Below are positions 51,597-64,000 of a stretch of 64,000 bases of DNA, one piece after another (within the stretch, counting starts at the first letter, position 1; each line of letters begins with the position of its first letter). The position numbers and the translations under genes were made by a program. The notes under the pieces were generated by a model. That model was not told the origin of the DNA, did no database searches, and saw only the letters and a list, made by a program, of their open reading frames with translations. The stretch covers positions 4,030,001-4,094,000 of the forward strand of contig CM030332.1 in assembly GCA_017654855.1 (NCBI GenBank), given 5' to 3'. Origin of the DNA: Podospora anserina (Eukaryota).

Positions 51597-52442
51597 TGGG
51601 AGATGGCCATGGTTCAAGTGGTGGAAAGGGGAATGGTCAAGGGAATGGAAAGGGAAATGGTCAAGGGAATGGGTCAAGGGAGAGGGTCGTCATTGAGCAA
51701 TGGAGTTTGAGGTTTTACTGTGGGAATAGGAAAGGGCATGGCCTGGAGTTTTGGAGTTGGTGGGAGGATATTTTGGAAAGTTCACGCATCAAAAAAAGAT
51801 GGTGGACGGGGAGGCAAGAACCTCAAGTGGTAGTGATCAAAAAATACCTTGGCCCACCAACCTTGTGAATAGCTTGCATGTTATGTGATGGCGAATTGTG
51901 ATGTGTGACTATATGTGAGGTAACATGAACAGTCTCAATTTATGCCTTGGTTGCCTCCAAAGTGAAAAAATACAAGAGTGTGTGAGAATGCGTGGGAGCT
52001 GGCGGTGAACTTGGACGGAGCGGTTGTCGTCTTGATGGCCTTGGACAGGTTGAAGAACGCGAGATTCGGATTCATCCTTTAGCCCTCGTCTGCTTGAGAA
52101 ATCGCGGATTGCTCGCAAGTAACTCTTAACCCGCTTTCTTCAACTACCTCTTGTAATGATGATAAATAAACTTCGTTAAGATCTGAACAATACCCATAAC
52201 GTAAACCAAGAGGAGGTCGTCTTCATCCCATACATCACTGACACGAACCGAAAACATATAGAAGAAAGACACTTGGTATTCCCTCAGTATGTATCTAACT
52301 TTGCGATCCCCCATCATACCAGTACCCAAAGCCCAAAAGAGCAAAAACGAGTCCTAAGGGGTATATAAAGACCTTTCCCATCCAGCCCAACCCATCCAAT
52401 CCCACCATCCCATGAAACCCAGCCCTTGATATCCCAACATCT

Positions 52443-55400
52443 TTATTTCTCCCCAGCCCCAGCCCCAGCAGCCACTGCCGCTGCAGCCCTCGACCCCCTA
52501 GCCAACAACCTCTTATACAACTCCAACATCCCCACATCCCACCCCTTATTCTCCCCCCCTCCTCCCACAGTCTGTACACACCCACCAATCTTCCCCCTCA
52601 AAAACTCCTCCAACTTGGCAGTATTAAACTGCTCCCCGTACACCATCCTCGCCTCTGGCACCACCTTGACTTCCAACCCCTCCCCCCCCTGCCCCCCATC
52701 CTCAACCCTCAGCCTGATCACCGCCTCCACCCTCGTCTGCAACGGCACTAAAACCAACGAACTCACCACCGCTATCGACCCATCATCATTCACGACCGTC
52801 GTGGGAAACGTCAGGTTGAGCAACCTGACATAGTTCGCCACTGTGCAAGACTTGTCCCAGCCATCTTTTACAATTTGAAGAATCGTCTTGACGTTGGTGG
52901 TGGGTTGAGGTAGGGAGCGGATGCGATCCCGAATAGACTGCAAGAAAAACTCTCGCTCGGGGGTGAGGGGGGTGGTATTGGGTTCGCGCTTGTCGGCTAT
53001 ATACCACAGGTCGATATTACTCTGCGGACCACGCCGGTGGTTGGGTTGGGGAAAAGAGGCAATGTCGAGGACGAGTTCGATTTGGCGCTTGTACGTCAGG
53101 GAGATTTTGGTGCCGGATATGTTGGCGAGGGCCCAGCCGGTCGTTTTTTCGATTTTGTCGGTTCGTGCTGAGTGGTGTTAGTATGATATGACTGGAGGCA
53201 ATGGCAAGGGGGAAATACCTTTGAGTTTGCTGATTTCTTCTGATGACCAGCCCCGGCATTCCTCCCGGATTTTGTCTGCTTCTCTAATATCACCCAGGCA
53301 CTGCTGTTTCTGTGCTGTCAGGGCTTCAATGCCAGAGTTGGAGTCCTCAAGCTGGGCTTTCAGCTCGGCAATCTTGCGCTGTTTCTCCTCGAGGCCCTCA
53401 TCAAGGGAGATCAACTCAGCACGGGCCTCCTCCAGCTCGGCAGGGTCACAATCGGCCATTTCTTGAGCCACAGTCTCAAGGTTCTCATGCTCCTTTTCCA
53501 GCTCCTCAGCCCGCTTGATCATATCAGGCAGCACCGAAGAAAGCAACTCCTGCTGCCTGGCCAAAAGCTTCTCATCATCATCCATCCCCTCCGCAATCTT
53601 GACCAGACCCTCCTTCAGCCCATCCTGCAGCTTCATCCGCCATTCATACCACATCGCCTTGCTCAGCAGCCTAGCATGCGTCTTGACGTTCTTGAACTGA
53701 TTGTCCATCAACACTTTGAACTCAGGAGTAGCAGTCATGTACTCCCTGAACAGCGGTGGGTTCTCCTCAAAAGTCTCCGACTCAATCTCCCTCACAATCC
53801 TCCGCCCTTCACTGATATATTTCTTCAGCTCCCGACACGAGTGCTGATACAGCTCCAAAGTAGGCACCGTACATGCACCCGCAACGACACACTTCTCCAA
53901 AGACAAATCCTCCTTCCCGTCCGCCGTCAAGCTCAACCTCGTCTCCCCCGGCGCAACAGTATGCCTCCTCTTGGTGGTAGTCAACTCCATAAACCTGATA
54001 CTTGTCAAGTTCAAAAAATCCTGCAAATGTATCCGATCCCCATCATCATCATCCCTCCGCACAAGCGCATAATCATCCCTCCGCATCAGCGCATCCACAT
54101 CCCCCGTGGCAGTGTGATCATAAAAGTTAATAGTATTCGTCGCCTGATCATCAAAAACCGACCTAAGCCTCCCCTGATGATTCGGCGTGCCCGCCACCCT
54201 GACAGGTGAACTAGGCACAGCCGGGGTGATCGTAGCAGTATCCTCCTCCCCTCTGGCAGCACTCCTCGTCTTCCTCCCGGTAGTAGTCTCAGCCTTAGTC
54301 GGCGGCGACCCCAACCTCACATTCTTCACCGGGCTCCCCTGATGTCCTTTCAACCTCTTCACCCCATCAATCACCTCCGAATCCTCCTCCTCATCATCCA
54401 CATCCAACTCGGCCGGCCTCTTCCCCAGCAGTCCCCTCGCGCTCCCTGGCATAAGACTCTTCCTCCCCGCCAACGGGTTCTTCTTCTTCTTTGTCGGACT
54501 CAGGTTCTGAATCATCTCTCTAAGATTGAGCGTGATCTCACGGTCACCGTCCGCCTCCCGCTCCAGGATCCGCCTGTTATTTTCCCTTTCTGCCTCATCT
54601 CTGAGTTCCTGGTCGACTTCCGCTTCCATGGCGCGGGGGTCGGCAAAAGCCACGGTGCGACGGGCGCTGCTTGGCTCGCTAGGCACAAATTCAGCTGCTG
54701 AGTCTTGGAGGGAGTCCCTACGATCGAAGATCTCGGCCACGCGTGGTGAGCCCAAGCCAGGTCTGTCAGCACCGACGCCGGAAAGGCGCCTGCCTTGGGG
54801 TGTGAGGACCACACGGGGGGTGCTGATGCCTGTGCTCGGGTCTTGGTGGAAGAGCCTCCCCTTGCCGACGGAGCGAGGTGTCGTTTTTGGTGGTGAGGCA
54901 TCACGGACTGGCGAACTGCTTCCAATCATTGAGGGGGGTGTCTTGGTAGCAGGGACAGTATTCCTCGCAGGAGAAGGTGTCTTTCGTGCAGGAGACTCTC
55001 TCCTCGGAGGGCTCCTCGTGGGTGAAGGCGTCCTTCTTTCAGGGAAGTCACTTGCTGGGGACTTCCTCGTGTTTCGAACCGGTGAACTTCTGACAGGAGA
55101 GCTCCGAACCGGTGAGCTATTACGGGCCAGGCTCTTCGCAGGCAGCTCTTTCTCGGGACTTCGCACAGGAGAGCTCTCGAAAAGAGGGGCGCCAGGCATG
55201 CTGTGACGCAGACCCTTCCCTCGGAATGCAGAAAGCCCCAGAGTATCGTTATTGTCTTGGGATGCTGTCTCCTGTGTTGACGGCGTGAGAGATGGATACA
55301 CAACATGTGGCTCATCAGCCTCCAGTTCCATCACCCTCTTGGCCGCTGACCGTGCCTCTTCAGGTGAGGCAGGCTTCAGGATGCCGCCTACCGCCATGGT

Positions 55401-57092
55401 CTCGTCCATGGCCATAGTCTGTTCAAACACATCGTCCTCTTCCTGTGGTTGTGAAGTAGCCAAAATGCCGCCGACAGCTGCAGTCATGTCCATATCCATG
55501 CCGTCATCTTCGGCTGCCAGAGTTCTTCGGCGGCCTAGAGCAGAGCCTGCATTAGGGGCACCCTTAGATAAAAGCCCACCAATCGCAGAAGTAAACTCCA
55601 TGGACATGTCTTCGAGCTCGTCAATGTCCGTTGCGCCACCGATAGACATTCTGCCTTGTCGGATACCGCCAACTGCCGTGGTAAATTCCATAGTTTGATC
55701 ACCCAGTTCATCGGCATCCTGCTGCAGCGCAAGTGGTTTGACTGATTTCCGCCGATTTTGGGCTTGGGCCTTGGCAAAAATCCCACCGAGAGCCTTAGTC
55801 ACGTCCATCGACATGTCCTCATCCATATCCATTTCCACATCTTCATCCTGGTTGTTGCTCTGAGACCTTCCTGGCTGTGACTGAAGAATACCACCCACGG
55901 GTTTGGTCATATCCATACCCATATCGTCATCCATGTCCATATCAATCTCGAACCCTTGATCTCGCTGTTGTTGAGCGTCAGGAGTTGGTGGTGGCATATG
56001 TTGGCGGATAATCTGCGTGGTAGTCTCCGTCTGAGATAGTGGCTTCCTCCCCCAACCGGCAAACCCAGCAATAACCTCTTCATCCTCGTCAATCCGTTGA
56101 GTAGCAGCAGCGCGCTGTTTCGCGAGCCGCAGATTCTCGTCCAAGCTGTCGGTTGAATTGTTACTGTCAAACGCAGACACGCCGGAGGTCATGGATGCGA
56201 CTGAAGCAGAGGTCATTTCTTCGGCTTCTACAGTCATAACGGTGCCGTCGTCATCCGAATCACTAGAACCAGACATTTCCTCCGTCTCCACCTCATCGAT
56301 ATCGTCGGCATGTTCCATGTCGGAATCGTACACGGTGGAAGCGATGGTATCGTCGTCCCCGTAGAGTGACCCCACGCCCGAACTCCGTCGTTGGTTTCGT
56401 TGGTGCAGTGCTCGTTGATCGGCTGGAGACTCGGCATCATGGTCGTCGATGTGGTCTGGGGGTGTTGATGGAGGGTCTGAATCGGGCTCTTGGTGATGGT
56501 GCGATGCCGCTGTAGCGGTTGTTGCATCCTGGTTCTCGTCCACTACTTGGAAGGTATGTAGTGTCGCCTCAGCAGCAAAGGATACCCGACGGTTGGCCAG
56601 TGACTTTCTGCGCGCCTCTCTCCTATCTTTGATCTCCTTCTCAATCTCGGCCCGTTCTCTTTCCTCCCTTTCCCGGGCTGCAGCTTGTTGTTCCTCCTCA
56701 GTTCGCAGCGCTACCTTTGTTCCGGCACTTTCGTTGCTCAGGGGAGCTTCTCTTGGTTTGAAGGTTGGAATTTCTGGAAGGACGGGGATCGTGGGTTTCA
56801 GAATTGATCTTGGTGGTGGTCCAGATGGTATGACAAGGGACTGAAGACAAGTCAGTCAAGCTCGGATGTTTACCACTACAATACATACTGCTCTGCGGTT
56901 CCCATTCCCGTTCTTCAAGATGTCGAGACTACCCGGGCCCAAACTCTTGCTCCTAGACTTTTTGCGAGTGGCCCCAATAGCGCTGCCAACGTCAAGTGTT
57001 GCATTCTCTCTGTCGCCTCTTGAAGGTCCGACGCCAATTGACTTACGCGACCGGCGCGTTGCCGGCAACGTGGCATCGCCTTGCGACGACAT
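52443..57092 (-). CDS. SPC105: Kinetochore protein Spc105/Spc7/KNL1
   Basis: SILK and RRVSFA PP1-docking motifs, MELT-like repeats (MDMT, MDVT, MEFT, MDET) and the Spc7 domain (LQDFLNLTSIRFME...LELYQHSCRELKKYI). Two introns. Confidence 0.93.
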
Positions 57093-57563
57093 GGCTACGA
57101 ATTGGTATATCGCAGGTTGACCGAGATTATTATGGTGCCTGCGAAAAAACTTCAGGTGATGTTCATGTGTGAATAGATGGTGGTGGAGTGGGACGCGACA
57201 GATGGGCTTCTGGGTTGAATTCTGGAAACCGCGTCACAGGGGTGACATCTCATCGCAGAGGGGCACTCTGTAGCTGTTGACCCTAGCCTCTGCTGCCATT
57301 GGCCAGGCTGATGCCCAAGTAAATAAACCCAAACCGTCGAGTCCCACTCTGCCTAAAGGTGTGGCTAGTGATGGCGGCGCCTTGCCATTTTGACCCACAT
57401 CTGGCGCACAGCTGGTGTGGCTGGTGCCCATCACACTTTTTGGCCCTCCCAAAAAATCAATCACCAACTAGCAAAATTCTGGGGCCTCGTTTTGTGAACT
57501 CCGACCGACCACCACTCCCACCTCGACAAAAGCACATCTTCGGCCCACGCCAGAACCAACAAG

Positions 57564-58420
57564 ATGGCTACCGAGCTTACCGTCCAGAGCGAGCGTGCTT
57601 TTCAGAAGCAGCCGCATAGTGAGTTTCTCTTCTGCGAAAATAAGCCTGCAACCAAAGTCGAAAAAAACACGGCCGAATTGGAAAGTGGGCGATAAGGAAG
57701 CGATGAAGCTGACCCGTGATGTTCTCCAAAAGTCTTCCTCAACTCCAAGACCAAGGTCAAGACCACCAGACCTGGCAAGGGCGGCCGCAGATGGTACAAG
57801 GACGTTGGTCTGGGTTTCCGCACCCCCACTGCTGCCATTGAGGGCCAGTACATCGGTACGTGATATCACCGAACAGACAAGACGCGCTCGCTCCTCCTCT
57901 TCGAAATCATGATCAACCACCGATTTATTCAACTGAACGAAACACGATAATCCTTCGACGATGACGAATCCTGCTGCGACTGCGAGAGGAGGGGCGAGAG
58001 CGATATTGCGAATATGGGACCGAAATTAACTGGCTTCTCTCTGCAGACAAGAAGTGCCCCTTCACCGGCCAGGTTTCCATCCGTGGCCGTATCTTGACCG
58101 GCACCGTCGTCTCCACCAAGATGCACCGCACCATCATCATCCGTCGCGAGTACCTCCACTACATCCCCAAGTACTCCCGTTACGAGAAGCGCCACAAGAA
58201 CCTCGCCGCCCACGTCTCTCCCGCTTTCCGTGTTGAGGAGGGCGACCAGGTCACCGTTGGCCAGTGCAGACCTCTCTCCAAGACTGTACGTTGCGACCAC
58301 CCGACATCGATCCGAACGATTACACGGTGACTGACAGATTTGGGATTCTAGGTTCGGTTCAACGTTCTCCGCGTCCTTCCCCGCACCGGCAAGACCGTCA
58401 AGTCTTTCCAGAAGTTCTAA
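57564..58420 (+). CDS. RPS11: 40S ribosomal protein S11 (uS17)
   Basis: [37 protein letters not shown] and [14 protein letters not shown]. Three introns. Confidence 0.97.
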
Positions 58421-59478
58421 ACGGTTGGGTTTCGAATTCCATTAGGCATATCTGGCGTGGTTTGCTTTGAGGGCTTGGGCTTTTTCGAGACAATTTGGGA
58501 CGGCCGGCAGGAAAATATGAACAAGCGATGAACTTATTCTCTTTCCGGGAGGCGCGCACATTATGCCTGATTTCTACATGTGATTGTGGAAGTCATAGGA
58601 ACAGTTCTGAAAAACTGAATTGAAATCCGCCAATGAACTTGACAACAGCACAAGTCTGGCTATGATACCCAAAAAAAATCGGAAGATGACCGACCCTCTT
58701 GGTTTGCGGATTTAAACGACTTGGACTGGCCTGGCCGGAGCCGTGGGGAAAAAAAAAACCGAGTGCTCTCCTTGGGGGGGAGTGAGTCCGCGCATAGCTA
58801 GTGATCCGCCTGAATTGATGTCATGAAAGTAGCCGTGTCCTGGAACTATCAGCGTGCTCGTGAAAGCCAGAGGAAAGTGCGTGAACGATCAAGATTTCAG
58901 CCACACCCAGTCGTCAAGGTGCTTGATAGCTGACCGGCCGGTCGAATTGGAACAGTAGAATGGATCCATGCTACTAATTTCTTGGATGGTGCCCGTCTGC
59001 TGAAGAGTACTCTCCTATGTAGAAGGATGGTATACATTGATACTAACCCTTTGTCAGAAACCGGCATTGTTAAATAGTATCCTAGAAAGCCTCGAGGGGA
59101 TATGAAAACTCGTTGGATGGAAGGTCCTGAGCAGCAGAAATCAATACTTGATATGATATGTCTGACCTGTTCCGAATACATAAACACCAACAGCTTTAAC
59201 ACCACTTGGCACATAAATCGTCGAGCCTGTCAGTCACGTCAACCCCAAAATATCTTTTTGGTCAAAGTGATATCAATTATCATCCCCCTCTTACAAAACC
59301 CTACAGAAAAAAAGCTACCCACCTACGCCTAACCCTCCTCAATGGAAAAAAACCCCTCCTCCGTTTTCAGAACCAGATTTCTCAATTTCCCTAGGTAGTA
59401 ATTCCCATCCCAATACAAAAACAACAAGTACACACATCCTAACAAAACGTTATTCTAACCCCCCCATCAAGACCCTGC

Positions 59479-61755
59479 TCACCCCTCCTGAAACGCCTCC
59501 CCAAAAGCCCCTCCCCCAATGTCATCATCCATCACCAAATCATCCCCCTCCTCCCCCCCTCCAACCCCCACGCTCCCACTCTCATAACTAGCCAGCGCAT
59601 CCCCCGCCGTGTCCAAATCTCCCATCGAACTAAAGTCGTTCCCGTCCGGACTGGCCCCAAACCCCGATCCTCCTACCACACCCATCCCCGGCGTCGGCGC
59701 AGCAGAAGGCGGTTTGCTAGGCGGGATGATCCCCCCTCCCGTCGTCGTGGTAGAAGGAGCACCTCCCCCAGGAGGAACAACAACCCACTCCCCACTTCCC
59801 GTCCCCTGATCCGGTGCCGTGGTCGTGGTCGTCGGGAGTTGTGGTTGTTGCAGTTTACCAGCATCCTCCATCTTTGTATCCCCCCCCGCAGGCTGTGAAG
59901 TAACAGTATTAGGGTGGGGAGATGGGTGGCCAACATTGTTATTGTTGGCAGGTGTGCCAACATCAGACCCCGTACCCGACAACCCCCCCGGTTGGGGAGT
60001 AGGAAAACTGTTCATAGGAGTAGACGTGCTCGAAAACCCAGAGTGCATCTGATCCAGCAAACCAGCCGCCGTGCCGCCCATGTCGATATCACTATCCCCA
60101 ATCAAAACCCCGCTAACCTGAGAGCCATTGTGTGACGGGTCGCGAGAAAGCCCAACCGCCTCGGGGACAAGCCCCTGCGGTGGCGCGATAATCTCCGGCT
60201 CAGGAGCAAGCTGCTGATAACCACCATCCTGAACCCTGCTGACTTCAGGGACGGTGATCGCCTTGGTGCCGAGCAGCTTCTCAACATCAGCCGTAATCTC
60301 CTCGATCGACCGGGATGGTTTCTTGTTGTAGCTCTCCTCCTCCTCCTCACCCTCCACTCTCCCCTCAAGCCGCCAGGGCTCACTCCCCACCCCCTGCGTA
60401 GCAGCCCTCAGCTCAGCCTCAGCATCCCTAATCGCAGTATTCTGCTTAAACTCTCCCATCCTCTTCTCATGCTGCGCCTTCAATTTTTGAATCTCGGCCT
60501 GAACCTCCGCAATCTTAGCCTGAGCTCTCTCCCGCATCTTGTCAGCCAACCCCGGCTCAAGACGCCCGGTATAAGGCTTCTTAGGCAACTGCTCCAAAAC
60601 ATCCCCACTCTGCGCCTCAAAAATCCCCTCCGTAAGCGAAGCGAGCGCGCCCTTCTTCCCAAGCCCAAGATCAGAAACCTCCAGCTGCCCAATCCGATAC
60701 GGCGACGACAAAATCTCCTCCATCCACTCATGATTCTGCTGGTACCGATGCATGCTCATCTCCCGAGGACTCAAGTGATCAAACATATCACCCCGATGAA
60801 CATCCTCGTCATCATCCAGCGCCCCATCAGCACTCGGATACCCAGCACCCATCGGGTGTCCCGGCTGGGCCTGTTGCCCCCGTCTCTTAGACGGGGGCTG
60901 GCCAGGTCCGCCCGGTCCACCAAGATATGCCGTCCGAGTGTTCATTGGCTGCTGTTGCATTGGCGGCACATAAATCGACTGTCCGCGCTGAGGGAAGGGA
61001 ATCTGCGGCCAGTTGACGCGATCAGACAGCATAAACTCCTTGCGAACAATCTGCCCCAGCTGAAAAAGGTGTTGACGGTTGTTCATGATCGACTGTATTT
61101 GAGGTGGCACGCCAAAAGAACTGGTGGGGTATCTGTCTTGATTCTCGCTCGGGCCGTAGTGAACAATCCAAAGATTCGGGTCGATCTGGGGGGGGTTCGC
61201 GACCTGGGCATCACGGGCGTGAGCGAGGCGAAACCGTCTTCGAGAGTGCATGGTGATCTGCTCGCCGGCGCGCCAGCCACACTTTTGGAAGTAAATCTCA
61301 AGAACCTAGACTCATTGTTAGCCATATTGCACCCATAACAAAACTCCTCGTCTAGAACAAGGGAGACGCATCCGTACCAAACCATTGTTGAGGGGGTTGC
61401 TGAGCATAACCTCAGGAGAGGCCCAGTAGTATCCGTCGCTCGAGAACTCGTTTCCGCGGCGGGCAGTCGGTTGCCACATGAGAAAGATGGTGCTGTCCGC
61501 GGGGCAATCGAGGTAGGTCCAGTAGAAGGGCGCCTTATCCCGGGCGATGCTGGGAGCCTGCATCAACCATTTTGTCACATCGTTCAGTTCGACCCTGGAC
61601 ATCAAAGGATAGCGGAATGTCGAAATCAGGTGGACATGCGGCAGCTATCAATCGCAAGTATTAACAAACATGGCTCTACCAGATTTGCGACGGGAATATT
61701 GGAACGGGCAAATACACACCAAGTCCTGGTGGACATTGTGACTTGGGTCGGACAT
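59479..61755 (-). CDS. SSR4: SWI/SNF and RSC complex subunit Ssr4 (DUF1750-like)
   Basis: Spliced MSDPSHNVHQDL|LPHVHLISTFRYP, PFYWTYLD, HSRRRFRL, LWIVHY and RYQQNHEWMEEILSSPY. Two introns. Confidence 0.8.
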
Positions 61756-62337
61756 TGTGAAAGGCTATGATGTCGTTGAAAATGCTGAAAATTCAGGCAA
61801 AGCGGAGTCGAAGCGACCAATGCAGTTGGCCCTATGGCCGGGGTTATTCTGTGGTAGAATTCGGTTGCGATGCGGATAACTCTGGTGTTGCGCGACGAGC
61901 TCTGGTCGAGTTTGCGACCGCGCTTTTCCTGTCGCGGATTGGAGGTTGACTTTGGTTGATTGACTGCTTTACACTCGCGCCCAGGAACTGTTGCCAGTGG
62001 CCCACCAGCCAGAGTGATGGACCGTGCGTCACCTAGCCGCCCGTTGCCAGGCACTGCCAAGACAATGGCCGTCCATCCACGTGACTACCATCACTCCAAC
62101 CACCAGGCATACTTCACATTCATCACATACGTCATACCTCTCTCATATTCAAGGCTAAAATAGTTTGTTGAATCAGAAAATCATAAAATTCATTGCTTGA
62201 CAACTGCGGTATCTAATCTCAGGCTCCGTTCCATACGAAACATTCACGAGCTAACTATCCATCTAAATCAGCAGCCCGCATCAGCCTTTTGTTGTTGCCA
62301 ATGTCCCTTCCCATTAATCCATGCTCCAGTTTTATAT

Positions 62338-64000
62338 TTATGCTTGGTAAGTAGAAGCAGAGACGTTGCCTCCTCTGCCGGTCCAATTGACGTGGATATC
62401 TTGCCCCTCGGGGTACTTGGCCGTGGCAGCCTCGGGCTTGATTCTGAAGGTGTGGGCACCGAAGTAATCACGCTGAGCCTGGAGGAGGTTGGCGGGCAGG
62501 TCTTTGGTTCTGTAGCCATCAAACCACGACAGGGCAGTGGAGAAAGAGGGGATGGGGAGACCAAGGAGCGAGGCCTTGGAGACGACGTCTCTCCAGCCGG
62601 GCTGAGCCTTGTGGATGGCCTTGTTGAAGAAGTCGTCAAAGAGGAGGTTCTCAAGGTCGGGGTTGTTGCGATAGGCGGCGGTGATGTCCTTGAGGAAGAC
62701 GGAGCGGATAATACAGCCACCACGCCACATGAGGGCAATGGAGGGCTTGTTGAGCTTCCAGCCGTACTCCTTGGCCGCCTCCTGCATGAGCATGAAGCCT
62801 TGTGCGTAGGAGATGATCTTGGAGGCATAGAGGGCCTGCTCGAGGTCCTCGAGGAACTGCTCCTTGTTACCCTCGAAGGTGGTGGCACGGCCAACAAACT
62901 CGAGCTTGGTGGAAGCCTTGACACGCTCCTCCTTGATGCCAGACAGGCAGCGAGCGAGCACAGACTCGGCAATGAGAGTGACGGGCATGCCCAAGTCCAG
63001 GGCGTTGACGGCAGTCCACTTGCCGGTACCCTTCTGGCCGGCCTTGTCGAGGATCTTCTCGACGAGAGGCTTGCCATCCTCATCGTTGAAGTACATGATG
63101 TCCTTGGTGATCTCGATCAGGAAAGAGTCGAGGACACCGTTGTTCCACTTGGTGAAGGTGTCACCAATCTCCTTGCTGGACATGCCGAGACCGCGCTTCA
63201 TGATATCGTACGCCTTTGTTCTGACTGTTAGCCCCCTGATTCATAGCTGACCTGCCTTTGGATTTGGCCTTGGCATTGCAGAACAACATACCTCACAGAT
63301 CAACTGCATGTCACCGTACTCGATACCGTTGTGCACCATCTTGACGTAGTGACCAGCACCCTCGTCACCAACCCACTCACAGCAAGCCTCACCACCGCTC
63401 TTGGCAGCAATGCTCTGGAAGATGTCCTTGATGAAGGGCCAGGCTGACTCATCACCACCGGGCATGATGGAGGGGCCGTAGCGGGCACCCTCCTCACCAC
63501 CGGAGACACCGGCACCGACGAAGCGGAGACCCTTGGAGGCAAGGTACTTTGTTCTCCGGTTGGAGTCGGGGAAATGTGAGTTACCGCCATCGATGATGAT
63601 GTCACCAGCCTCGAGAAGGGGAAGGAGGGTCTCGATCCAGTCATCGACAGCCTTGCCGGCCTGGACGAGAAGCATGATGCGGCGGGGGCTCTTGAGCTTC
63701 TTAACGAACTCCTCGGTAGAGTGAGCGCCGACAATGCTCTTGCCCTTGGCCTCGTTGGCAAGGAAGCGGTCGACCTTGGAAACGGTACGGTTGAAAGCGC
63801 AAACGGTGAAGCCATGGTCGGCCATGTTCAGAATCAAGTTCTGGCCCCTTTTTTCACGCACAGTCAGCACATCTGCCCCCGGGGGCTGCTCTGGGGAACC
63901 GCCGGAGCTGGGTAGTAGACTTACATGACGGCCAGGCCGATGAGGCCGAGATCAGCACTTCCACCATCATCACTGTTAGCATTTCTTTGGGATTGGAGGT
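62338..64000 (-). CDS. GND1: 6-phosphogluconate dehydrogenase, decarboxylating (5' end outside window)
   Basis: [55 protein letters not shown] and [12 protein letters not shown]. Confidence 0.97.

Noticed and set aside
51596..51680. GKGNGQGNGKGNGQGNG peptide resembling fungal amyloid signalling motifs
   Set aside because: Arises from a simple DNA repeat, with no adjacent NLR or HeLo-domain gene and no support for translation.
60469..63231. Long + strand ORFs (289 aa, 344 aa), and similar ones opposite MCR1, SPC105 and ATG14
   Set aside because: Antisense shadows of strongly codon-biased real genes.
1..64000. Transposons, RIP-degraded repeats, CRISPR arrays, secondary-metabolite cluster
   Set aside because: No transposase/RT motifs, LTR/TIR pairs, AT-rich RIP blocks, repeat-spacer arrays or PKS/NRPS genes were seen.

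Overview
Gene-dense, intron-containing chromosomal DNA from a filamentous ascomycete. GT(A/G)AGT donors, CT(A/G)AC branch sites, dispersed 5S genes with a -29 TATA and G-rich gene ends point to Sordariales, probably Podospora or a close relative (inference). About 20 protein genes are supported: Cmc1-type twin-CX9C protein, D-amino-acid oxidase, DUF3176 membrane protein, CDF zinc transporter, Zn2Cys6 transcription factor, MCR1, NBP2-like SH3 adaptor, SSU72, SPA2, a MARVEL protein, an ATG14-family protein, DUF3807, SPC105/KNL1, RPS11, SSR4 and 6-phosphogluconate dehydrogenase, plus two variant 5S rRNA genes. I saw no transposon, CRISPR array or tRNA. The most unusual signals are: (1) a Cys/His zinc-finger fused to a caspase-like, possibly catalytically altered, domain; (2) a secreted 8-Cys protein facing an internally deleted paralog; (3) an array of repeated micro-exon/intron units upstream of a ~1500-aa orphan acidic membrane protein; (4) an apparent GA-AG intron; (5) a 14-bp stem in an RPS11 intron and a palindrome-rich spliced non-coding candidate. 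Family assignments come from motif recognition only; no database searches were run.
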